From positions 13,888,001-13,952,000 of the forward strand of contig NC_073406.1 in the NCBI RefSeq assembly GCF_028641065.1: 64,000 nt of DNA. The letters are read 5' to 3'. Below the pieces are notes generated by a model. It worked only from the letters and a program-made list of their open reading frames with translations, was not told the DNA's origin and did no database searches. Shown piece after piece: positions 50,401 through 62,400 of the stretch (position 1 is its first letter; each line of letters begins with the position of its first letter). Position numbers and translations under genes: made by a program. Source of the DNA: Leucoraja erinacea (lineage: Eukaryota).

Positions 50401-53400
50401 ACCGTGATAACCCATCAGGAAATGGAGATTATGAAATCTTCCCCAATCTGCGAACTGAGAATCCCGGTCAGATCTGCACGGATCCAATCGCCTGTGAGGT
50501 GGAGACAACGTCAGGGATTCCGGCCTCACAGACTGGAGAGAACATTGCCAGGTACAAAATATAGCCGGCCATAATATTGCACTTTTATTATTTCATTCAA
50601 AGAGCATCAGTAGTTTTATCAACTACTTTATCACATCTCCCTACATTCTACTCAACAGTTGCAACGTTTCTACTGGATTCTTTTGTGTGAACATCAACCA
50701 ACGTGATGGCTCATGTCAAGATTACAGAATACGATTCACCTGCCCTGATTCCTTTTGTGAGTATGAGGCGATTGTAAAATATCATTTGTGAATATTAGTT
50801 ACTGAATTATGAATGGAGCTGATTATTACACAGACTGTAATAACTACTCACCTTTTGCTTAGCCACCCTCTTACTGTCCCTCTGTTTGCTGATTTCCAGA
50901 CTTTCCAATAGTATATTCATCCCCATCTTAAACACCCCTCCTTCTTTGACAGTCCCTGGAGGAGGGTGGCATGTCTCTTCTCTAGTTCTACAAGTTCTGT
51001 TGTGGTTGATGAGGTCAACATTTGGTGTGCAGATTTTGCACAGATGGGGCAGATATCTGCCGATAATCATTAAATCTGAACATGTTTCAAATAGTAATTA
51101 ACTGAATTGTTTGTTTCTCCTTTTAGGTGGTGTTACCGAACCTCCTGGTGAGTATATCGCTCCCATTGTAAAGAGGGCAATGTTAACAGTAATATGAAAG
51201 CTCTTATGAACTTCATCCAGGGTGTTTAAATGTCCGCTACATAATAACTAAGTTAAAAACTGCCACAACAGATTATAGGCGCTTCAGTGCGACTGAACCT
51301 CAAGAGTTGCTTGTAGTTATCATCTTGTTAAGGAAACAAATTGTGTCCATGCCATGGAGGGAATGCAAAACAGATTGACGGGATAGGTAACAGAAATTGT
51401 GATTTAGCCACATGAGAAGAAATTGCAAGTATTAGTAATACAAAGTACAGTAGATACTGGATTACAAAATGAGAAATAAAGTGCTGGAGTAACTGATCAT
51501 GTCAGGCATCATCTCTGGGATCATGAATAGGTGATATTTCGAGTCGGGACCCTTCTTCAGACTAGAACATGTTTCTCCAGGGATTGTAGAATGGAAAGTC
51601 ATCTCTGTCCCTTTGGACTCCAGGTGCATGCACCACTGTCTCAGCATGAGAGGAAGATATTTTGGGATTGAAATACGATTAGTTGTTTCACTCAGAAGGT
51701 GGTGTATTTTTGACATTCTTGATTCCAGAGAGCATTCGAGGACATTCAGAAGTGATTGTTAGTTTTCTGGACGTTAAAGGATATGTTGATAGTGCTGGAA
51801 AATGGACCTGAAATAGAAGATTGCTAGTTCAAATGGCCACATGTCTGACTCCTGCTCCTAATTCTTACTTTCTTTTCTGATATTCTGATTGATGTGTTAG
51901 AAGGCAACTACAGTACCCAACTTCATGTGTGGTGTTAATTCATCGTAAAGGCCTGTCATTTTTGTGATTATCTTTGCCCCTCTCTTGAACAAAGGAGTAA
52001 CCCTTGCATTCCCTCTCTCTCCATCCCTCACCTGCTGCAATCATCCTACTAGTTTTACTGTTTGTATCCCCTCGTTATTACCTCCTCCAAAGTCAACAAT
52101 GAACCATGTGGGCTCTTTGGCCATTAGTGCAGGCTCTGATTTGTTCTGTACATTTTCAAACCTCTAATTTCTCTCTCACCGGTCTCTCAGTTTGAGGAAG
52201 GGTCTCGACATGAACCGTCACCTATTTCTTTCCTCTAGAGATGCGACCTGCCGAGCTAATTTGCTGCAACATGTTGTGTCAATCCATCAGACCCAATGTT
52301 CACTTTGAATCTACTTTCTCTTTCTGCTCTTCTTCAGTGGGGAATTGCAAAACTGCGTGGTTTGACCGTGATAACCCATCAGGAAATGGAGATTATGAAA
52401 TCTTCCCCAATCTGCGAACTGAGAATCCCGGTCAGATCTGCATGGATCCGATCGCCTGTGAGGTGGAGACAACATCAGGGATTCCGGCCTCACAGACTGG
52501 AGAGAACATTGCCAGGTACAAAATAGAGCCAGCCATATTATAGCACTTTTATTATTTCATTTAAAGTGCATCAGAGGTTTTATCAACAACTTTATCATAT
52601 GTCCCTACATTCTACTCAACAGTTGCAACGTTTCTACTGGATTCTTTTGTGTGAACACCAACCAACGTGATCGCGCATGTCAAGATTACAGAATACGATT
52701 CACCTGCCCTGATTCCTTTTGTAAGTATGAGGCAATTGTAAAAACATATTTGTGAATATTAGCTACTGAATTATGAGTGGAGCTGATTATAACACAGACT
52801 GTAATAACAACTCACACTTTGCTTAGCCACCCTCTTCCTGTCCCTCTGTTTGCTGATTTCCAGACTTTCCAATAGTAAATTCATCCCCATCTTAAACACT
52901 CCTCTTTCTTTGACAGTCCCTTTGGATGGAGTGTGGCATGTTTCTTCTCTGGTTCTTTGAGTTCTGATGTGGTTGATGAGGCTAACGTGTGGTGTGCAGA
53001 CTCTAGCATAGATGGGGCAGATATCTGCTGACAATCATTAAATCTGAACATGTTTCAAATGATAATTAACTGAATTGTTTGTTTCTCCTTTTAGGTGGTG
53101 TTACCGAACCTCCTGGTGAGTATATCCCTCCCATTATAAAGAGGGCAATGTTAACAGTAATATGAAAGCTCTTATGAGTTTCATACAGTATGTTTTAATG
53201 TCCGCTACATAATAACTAAGTTAAAACTGGCAGATTATAGGCGCTTCAGTGCGACTGAACCTCAAGAGTTGCTTGTAGTTATCAGCTTATTAAGGAAACA
53301 AAATGTGTCCATGTCATGGAGGGAATGCAAAACAGATTCATGGGGAAGGTAACAGAAATTGTGATTTAGCCACATGAGAAGAAATTGCAAAGACTAGGAA

Positions 53401-56400
53401 TACAAACTACAGCAGATATGGATTACAAAATGCTGGAATAACAGAACGTATCAGGCATCATCTCCGAGATCATGAATAGGTCCTGTTTCGATTCGGGATC
53501 CATCTTCAGACTAGAACCCTTTTCTCTAGGGATTGTAGAATGGGAAGTCATCTCTGACTCCTGCTCCTAATTCTTACTTTCTTTTCTGATATTCTGATTT
53601 ATTTGTTAGAAGGTAACTAGAGTACTCATAAAAACTTTGTGTGGTGTTAATTCATCGTAAAGGCCTGTCATTTCTGTGATCATCTTTTCCCCTCTCTTGA
53701 ACAAAGGAGTAACTTCTGCGTTTCTCCGGTCCTCTGACATCACTTGTTCACTTGAGGAAAGTGACTCACATAAGAGTAATTTGAGTATTCTGCCAGGCAT
53801 GATTCAGGATTGCAGAATGTGGGATTGTCACAAGGAGGACCAGGAAAACTAGACATGGATTTCGTAGGAATTCTGGGACATGGTACCAGGCTGGTAATTT
53901 ATAAAGTTGGGATTTTATTGAGGAGAGAGGGATGGCGATTGATGTGAAGGGGTCAGGACCAATTGCAACAGTGAGAGGAAACCGTCACCAACATCAGCAA
54001 ATATGGGGCAAGAAGAAATAAGTGAAGTGATGGGCAGAACAGTGAACAAGGTGGAGGGAGCTGGAACTAGGTCTCATGTACTTGAGTATATGATGCGTTC
54101 TGAGGAGAAATATTGTTCATGTCAGTTGTGCCCAACGGTTAGCAAATCGATCAGGTCTCTCTGTCTCGACATGAAAGGTAACCTATTCCTTACCTCTAGA
54201 GATGCTACCTGGAGCTAATTTGCTACATAATTTTGTGTCAATCTGTCAGACCCAATGTTTACTTTCAATCTACTTTCTCTTTCTGCTCTTCAGTAGGGAA
54301 TTGCAAAACTGCGTGGTTTGACCGTGATAACCCATCAGGAAATGGAGATTATGAAACGATCCCCGATCTGCGAACTGAGAATCCCGGTCAGATCTGCATG
54401 GATCCAATCGCCTGTGAGGTGGAGACAACGTCAGGGATTCCGGCCTCACAGACTGGAGAGAACATTGCCAGGTACAAAATAGAGCCGGCCATAATATTGC
54501 ACTTTTATTATTTCATTCAAAGAGCATCAGTAGTTTTATCAACTACTTTATCACACCTCCCTACATTCTACTCAACAGTTGCAACGTTTCTACTGGATTC
54601 TTTTGTGTGAACAGCAACCAACGTGATGGCTCATGTCAAGATTACAGAATACGATTCACCTGCCCTGATTTCTTTTGTGAGTATTAGGCGATTGTAAAAT
54701 ATCATTTGTGAATATTAGCTACTGAATTATGAGTGGAGCTGAGTATTACACAGACTGTAATAACTACTCACCTTTTGCTTAGCCACCCTCTTCATGTCCC
54801 TCTGTTTGCTGATTCACAGACTTTCCAATAGTAATTTCATCCCCACCTTAAACACCCCTCCTTCTTTGACAGTCCCTTTAGATGGAGGGTGGCATGTCTC
54901 TTCTCTAGTTCTACTAGTTCTGTTGTGGTTGATGAGGCTAACGTGTGGTGTGCAGACTCTTGCACAGATGGGGCAGATATTTGCTGACAATCTTTAAATC
55001 TGAACATGTTTCAAATGATAATTAACTGAATTGTTTGTTTCTCCTTTTAGGTGGTGTAACCGAACCTCCTGGTGAGTATATCGATCCCATTATAAAGCGG
55101 GTCAGTCAGCATCTCTGACGAAAAGGAATAGATTGTAATGAGGAGACCAGTCTTCAGTCTGAGAGTCAGGGGAGAGGGAATCTAGCGGTATGAAAACGTA
55201 CAGAACAAAGCAGAGCTGGCACCGATGGCCAAAGAGCCCACAATAATAAACCTTATCGGACGACTAAGGTGGAGAAGAGATGGAGAGAGTTGGAAGGCAA
55301 AGATTACATGAAATTAGAGAAATTAATGTGCAAATATTGGGTTGTAAGCTACCCAAACAAAATATGAAGTGCTGTTACTCCAATTTGCATAAGGCCTTAC
55401 TCTGACAGTGGAGGTGGTGCAGGACAGAAAAGCACTCTGACAGTGGAGACAGACTCGTTCTGTCCTGGGTCACCTCCAATGTCAGAGTTCGGCCACATGT
55501 AAATTGAAACAGAACCTCATATTTTGCTTGCTCAGCTTACAACCCAGCATTATGAATATTGATTATTTTAAATTCAAGTAACCCTTGCATTCTCTCTCTC
55601 TCCATCCCTCACTTGCCCCATACATCCTGCAAGTTTTGCTTTTTGTATCCCTTCCTTATCACCTCCTCCAAAGCCAACAATGAACCATGTGGGCTCTTTG
55701 ACCATTAGTGCAGGTTCTGAATTGTTCTGAACCTTTCCATACCCTAAATTTCTCAGTCCCCTGACTCTCTGTCTGAAGACGGATCTCAACATGAAAGGTC
55801 CCCTATTCCTTACCTACAAAGGTGCTACCTGGAGCTAATTTGCTCCATAATTTTGTGTCAATCTGTCAGACCCAATGTTCACCTTCAATCTACTTTCTCT
55901 TTCTGCTCTTCAGTAGGGAATTGCACAACTCCATGGTTTGACCGTGATAACCCATCAGGATTTGGAGATTATGAAACGTTCCCCCATCTGCGAAATGAGA
56001 ATCCCGGTCAGATCTGCACGGAACCAATCGCCTGTGAGGTAGAGACAACGTCAGGGATTCCGGCCTCACAGACTGGAGAGAACATTGCCAGGTACTAAAT
56101 AGAGCCGGCCATAATATTGCACTTTTATTATTTCATTCAAAGAGCATCAGTAGTTTTATCAACTACTTTATCACATCTCCCTACATTCTACTCAACAGTT
56201 GCAACGTTTCTACTGGATTCTTTTGTATGAACAGCAACCAACGTGATGGCTCATGTCAAGATTACAGAATACGATTCACCTGCCCTGATTCCTTTTGTGA
56301 GTATGAGGCGATTGTAAAATATCATTTGTGAATATTAGCTACTGAATTATGAGTGGAGCTGATTATTACACAGACTGTAATAACTACTCACCTTTTGCTT

Positions 56401-59400
56401 AGCCACCCTCTTCCTGTCCCTCTGTTTGCTGATTTCCAGACTTTCCAATAGTAAATTCATCCCCACCTTAAACACTCCTCCTTCTTTGACAGTTCCTTTA
56501 GATGGAGGGTGGCATGTCTCTTCTCTGGTTCTACTAGTTCTGTTGTGGATGATGAGGTAAACATGTGGTGTGCAGACTTTTGCACAGATGGGGCAGATAT
56601 CTGCTGATAATCATTAAATCTCAACATGTTTCAAATGATAATTAACTGAATTGTTTTGTTTCTTCTTTTAGGTGGTGTTACCGAACCTCCTGGTGAGTAT
56701 ATCGCTCCCATGATAAAGAGGGCAATGTTAACAGTAATATGAAAGCTCTTATGAACTTCATCCAGTGTGTTTAAATGTTCTCTACATATAAACAAGTTAA
56801 AAAACTGCCACAACAGATTATAGGCGCTTCAGTGCGACTGAACCTCAAGAGTTGCTTGTAGTTATCATATTGTTAAGGAAACAAATTGTGTCCATGCCAT
56901 GGAGGGAATGCAAAACAGATTGACGGGATAGGTAACAGAAATTGTGATTTAGCCACATGAGAAGAAATTGCAAGTATTAGTAATACAAAGTACAGTAGAT
57001 ACTGGATTACAAAATGAGAAGTAAAGTGCTGGAGTAAGGTCCTGATTCGAAACATAGAAACATAGAATTAGGTGCAGAAGTAGGCCATTCGCCCTTTCGA
57101 GCCTGCACCGCATTCAATATGATCATCATGGCTGATCATCCAACTCAGTATCCCGTACCTGCCTTCTCTCCATACCCCCAGATCCCTTTAGCCACAAGGG
57201 CCACATCTAACTTGGGATTGAAATATAGCCAATGAACTGTGCCTCAACTCAGAAGGTGGTGAGAGTTCCAGAGATTCACCACTCTCTGCATGAAAAAATT
57301 TCTTCTCATCTCGGTGATTAAAGGATTTCCCTTTTATCCTTAAGCTGTGACCCCTTGTCCTGGAATTCCCTAACATCGGGAACAATCTTCCTGCATCTAG
57401 CCTGTCCAACCCCTTAATAATTTTGTAAGTTTCTATAAGATCCCCTCTCAATCTCCTAAATTCTAGAGAGTATAAACCAAGTCTATCCAGTCTCTTCTTC
57501 ATAAGACAGTCCTGACATCCCAGGAATCAGTCTGGTGAACCTTCTCTGCACTCCCTCTATGGGAATAATGTCCTTCCTCAGATTTGGAGTACGCAATACT
57601 CCAGGTGTGGTCTCACCAAGACCCTGTACAACTGCAGTAGAACCTCTCTGCTCCTATACGCAAATCCTTTAGCAGTGAAAGCTAACATACCATTCGCTTA
57701 TCTTTACTGCCTGCTGCCTGCTGCACCTGCAATGACTGGTGTACCATGAGACCCAGGTCTCGCTGCATCTCCCCCTTTCCCAATCGGCCACCATTTAGAT
57801 AATAGTCTGCTTTCCTGTTTTTGCCACCAAAATTTATAACCTCACATTTATCCACATTATACTGCATCTGCCAAACATTTGCCCACTCACCCAGCCTATC
57901 CAAGTCACCCTGCAGTCTCCTAGCATCCTCCTCACAGCTAACACTGCCCCCCAGCTTAGTGTCATCCGCAAACTTGGAGATATTGCCTTCAATTCCCTCA
58001 TCCAGATCATTAATATATATTGTAAATAGCTGGGGTCCCAGTACTGAGCCTTGGGGTACCCCACTAGTCACTGCCTGCCATTGTGAAAAGGACCCGTTTA
58101 CTCCTACTCTTTGCTTCCTGTAGGAGTAAAAGGGTCCTTTTCACAATGGCAGGCAGTGACTAGTGGGGTACCCCAAGGCTCAGTACTGGGACCCCAGCTA
58201 TTTACATGTCAGGCATCATCTCTGGGATAATGAATAGGTGATATTTCGAGTCGGGACCCTTCTTCAGACTAGAACATGTTTCTCCAGTGATTGTAGAATG
58301 GAAAGTCATCTCTGTCCCTTTGGACTCCAGGTGCATGCACCACTGTTTCAGCATGAGAGGAAGATATTTTGGGATTGAAATATGATTAGTTGTTTCACTC
58401 AGAAGGTGGTGTATTTTTGCCATTCTTCATTGCAGAGCGCATTCGAAGACATTCAGAAGTGATTGTTAGTTTTCTGGACGTTAAAGGATATGTTGATAGT
58501 GCTGGAATATGGACCTGAAATAGAAGATTGCTAGTTCAAATGGCCACATGTCTGACTCCTGCTCCTAATTCTTTCTTTCTTTTCTGATATTCTGATTGAT
58601 GTGTTAGAAGGCAACTACAGTACCCAACTTCATGTGTGGTGTTAATTCACCGTAAAGGCCTGTCATTTTTCTGATCATCTTTGCCCCTCTCTTGAACAAA
58701 GGAGTAACCCTTGCATTCCCTCTCTCTCCATCCCTCACCTGCTGCAATCATCCTACTAGTTTTACTGTTTGTATCCCCTCGTTATTACCTCCTCCAAAGT
58801 CAACAATGAACCAATGATAATCATTAAATCTCAACATGTTTCAAATGATAATTAACTGAATTGTTTTGTTTCTCCTTTTAGGTGGTGTTACCGAACCTCC
58901 TGGTGAGTATATCGCTCCCATGATAAAGAGGGCAATGTTAACAGCAATATGAAAGCTCTTATGAACTTCATCCAGGGTGTTTAAATGTCCGCTACATAAT
59001 AAACAAGTTAAAAAACTGCCACAACAGATTATATGCGCTTCAATGCAACTGAACCTCAAGAGTTGCTTGTAGTTATCATCTTGTTAAGGAAACAAAATGT
59101 GTCCATACCTCCTCCAAAGTCAACAATGAACCATGTGGGCTCTTTGGCCATTAGTGCAGGCTCTGATTTGTTCTGTACATTTTCAAACCTCTAATTTCTC
59201 TCTCACCGGTCTCTCAGTTTGAGGAAGGGTCTCGACATGAACCGTCACCTATTTCTTTCCTCTAGAGATGCGACCTGCCGAGCTAATTTGCTGCAACATG
59301 TTGTGTCAATCCATCAGACCCAATGTTCACTTTGAATCTACTTTCTCTTTCTGCTCTTCAGTGGGGAATTGCAAAACTGCGTGGTTTGACCGTGATAACC

Positions 59401-62400
59401 CATCAGGAAATGGAGATTATGAAATCTTCCCCAATCTGCGAACTGAGAATCCTGGTCAGATCTGCATGGATCCAATCGCCTGTGAGGTGGAGACAACGTC
59501 AGGGATTCCGGCCTCACAGACTGGAGAGAACATTGCCAGGTACAAAATAGAGCCAGCCATATTATAGCACTTTTATTATTTCATTCAAAGTGCATCAGTA
59601 GTTTTATCAACAACTTTATCATATGTCCCTACATTCTACTCAACAGTTGCAACGTTATTACTGGATTCTTTTGTGTGAACAGCAACCAACGTGATCGCGC
59701 ATGTCAAGATTACAGAATACGATTCACCTGCCCTGATTCCTTTTGTAAGTATGAGACAATTGTAAAATATCATTTGTGAATATTAGCTACTGAATTATGA
59801 GTGGAGCTGAGTATTACACTGACTGCAATAACTACTCACCTTTTGCTTAGCCACCCTCTTCATGTCCCTCTGTTTGCTGATTTCCAGACTTTCCAATAGT
59901 AATTTCATCCCCACCTTAAACAGCCCCCCCCTTCTTTAACAGTCCCTTTGGATGGAGTGTGGCATGTTTCTTCTCTGGTTCTTTGAGTTCTGATGTGGTT
60001 GATGAGGCTAACGTGTGGTGTGCAGACTCTTGCACAGATGGGGCAGATATCTGCTGACAATCATTAAATCTGAACATGTTTCAAATGATAATTAACTGAA
60101 TTGTTTGTTTCTCCTTTTAGGTGGTGTTACCGAACCTCCTGGTGAGTATATCGATCCCATTATAAAGAGGGCAATGTTAACAGTAATATGAAAGCTCTTA
60201 TGAGTTTCATACAGTATGTTTTAATGTCCGCTACATAATAACTAAGTTAAAACACTGGCATAACAGATTATAGGCGCTTCAGTGCGACTGAACCTCAAGA
60301 GTTGCTTGTAGTTATCAGCTTATTAAGGAAACAAAATGTGTCCATGTCATGGAGTGAATGCAAAACAGATTCATGGGAAAGGTGGCAGAAATTGTGATTT
60401 AGCCACATGAGAAGAAATTGCAAAGACTAGGAATACAAACTACAGCAGATATGGATTACAAAATGCTGGAATAACAGAACGTATCAGGCATCATCTCCGA
60501 GATCATGAATAGGTCCTGTTTCGATTCGGGACCCATCTTCAGACTAGAACCTTTTTCTCTAGGGATTGTAGAATGGGAAGTCGTCTCTGACTCCTGCTCC
60601 TAATTCTAACTTTCTTTTCTGATATTCTGATTTATTTGTTAGAAGGTAACTAGAGTACTCATAAAAACTTTGTGTGGTGTTAATTCATCGTAAAGGCCTG
60701 TCATTTCTGTGATCATCTTTTCCCCTCTCTTGAACAAAGGAGTAACTTCTGCGTTTCTCCGGTCCTCTGACATCACTTGTTCACTTGAGGAAAGTGACTC
60801 ACGTAAGAGTAATTTGAGTATTCTGCCAGGCATGATTCAGGATTGCAGAATGTGGGATTGTCACGAGGAGGACCAGGAAAACTAGACATGGATTTCGTAG
60901 GAATTCTGGGACATGGTACCAGGCTGGTAATTTATAAAGTTTGGATTTTATTGAGGAGAGAGGGATGGCGATTGATGTGAAGGGGTCAGGACCAATGGCA
61001 GCAGTGAGAGGAAACAGTCACCAACATCAGCAAATATGGGGCAAGAAGAAATAAGTGAAGTGATGTGCAGAACAGTGAACAAGGTGGAGGGAGCTGGAAC
61101 TAGGTCTCATGTACTTGAGTATATGATGCGTTCTGATGAGAAATATTGTTCATGTAAGTTGTGCCCAACGGTTAGCAAATCGATCAGGTCTCTCTGTCTC
61201 GACATGAAAGGTAACCTATTCCTTACCTCTAGAGATGCTACCTGGAGCTAATTTGCTCCATAATTTTGTGTCAATCTGTCAGACCCAATGTTTACTTTCA
61301 ATCTACTTTCTCTTTCTGCTCTTCTTCAGTAGGGAATTGCAAAACTGCATGGTTTGACCGTGATAACCCATCAGGAAATGGAGATTATGAAATCTTCCCC
61401 AATCTGCGAACTGAGAATCCCGGTCAGATCTGCACGGATCCAATCGCCTGTGAGGTGGAGACAACGTCAGGGATTCAGGCCTCACAGACTGGAGAGAACA
61501 TTGCCAGGTACAAAATATAGCCGGCCATAATATTGAACTTTTCTTATTTCATTCAAAGAGCATCAGTAGTTTTATCAACTACTTTATCACATCTCCCTAC
61601 ATTCTACTCAACAGTTGCAACGTTTCTACTGGATTCTTTTGTCTGAACATCAACCAACGTGATGGCTCATGTCAAGATTACAGAATACGATTCACCTGCC
61701 CTGATTCCTTTTGTGAGTAAGCGGCGATTGTAAACTATCATTTGTGAATATTAGTTACTGAATTATGAATGGAGCTGATTATAACACAGACTGTAATAAC
61801 TACTCACCTTTTGCTTAGCCACCCTCTTACTGTCCCTCTGTTTGCTGATTTCCAGACTTTCCAATAGTATATTCATCCCCATTTTAAACACCCCTCCTTC
61901 TTTGACAGATGGAGTGTGGCATGTCTCTTCTCTAGTTCTACAAGTTCTGTTGTGGTTGATGAGGTCAACATTTGGTGTGCAGATTTTGCACAGATGGGGC
62001 AGATATCTGCCGATAATCATTAAATCTGAACATGTTTCAAATAGTAATTAACTGAATTGTTTGTTTCTCCTTTTAGGTGGTGTTACCGAACCTCCTGGTG
62101 AGTATATCGCTCCCATTGTAAAGAGGGCAATGTTAACAGTAATATGAAAGCTCTTATGAACTTCATCCAGTATGTTTTAATGTCCGCTACATAATAACTA
62201 AGTTAAAAACTGTCACAACAGATTATAGGCGCTTCAGTGCGACTGAACCTCAAGAGTTGCTTGTAGTTATCATCTTGTTAAGGAAACAAAATGTGTCCAT
62301 GCCATGGAGGGAATGTAAAAACGATTCACGGGTTTGGGAACAGAAATTGTGATTTAGCCACATGAGAAGAAATTGCAAGGACTAGGAATACAAAGTACAG

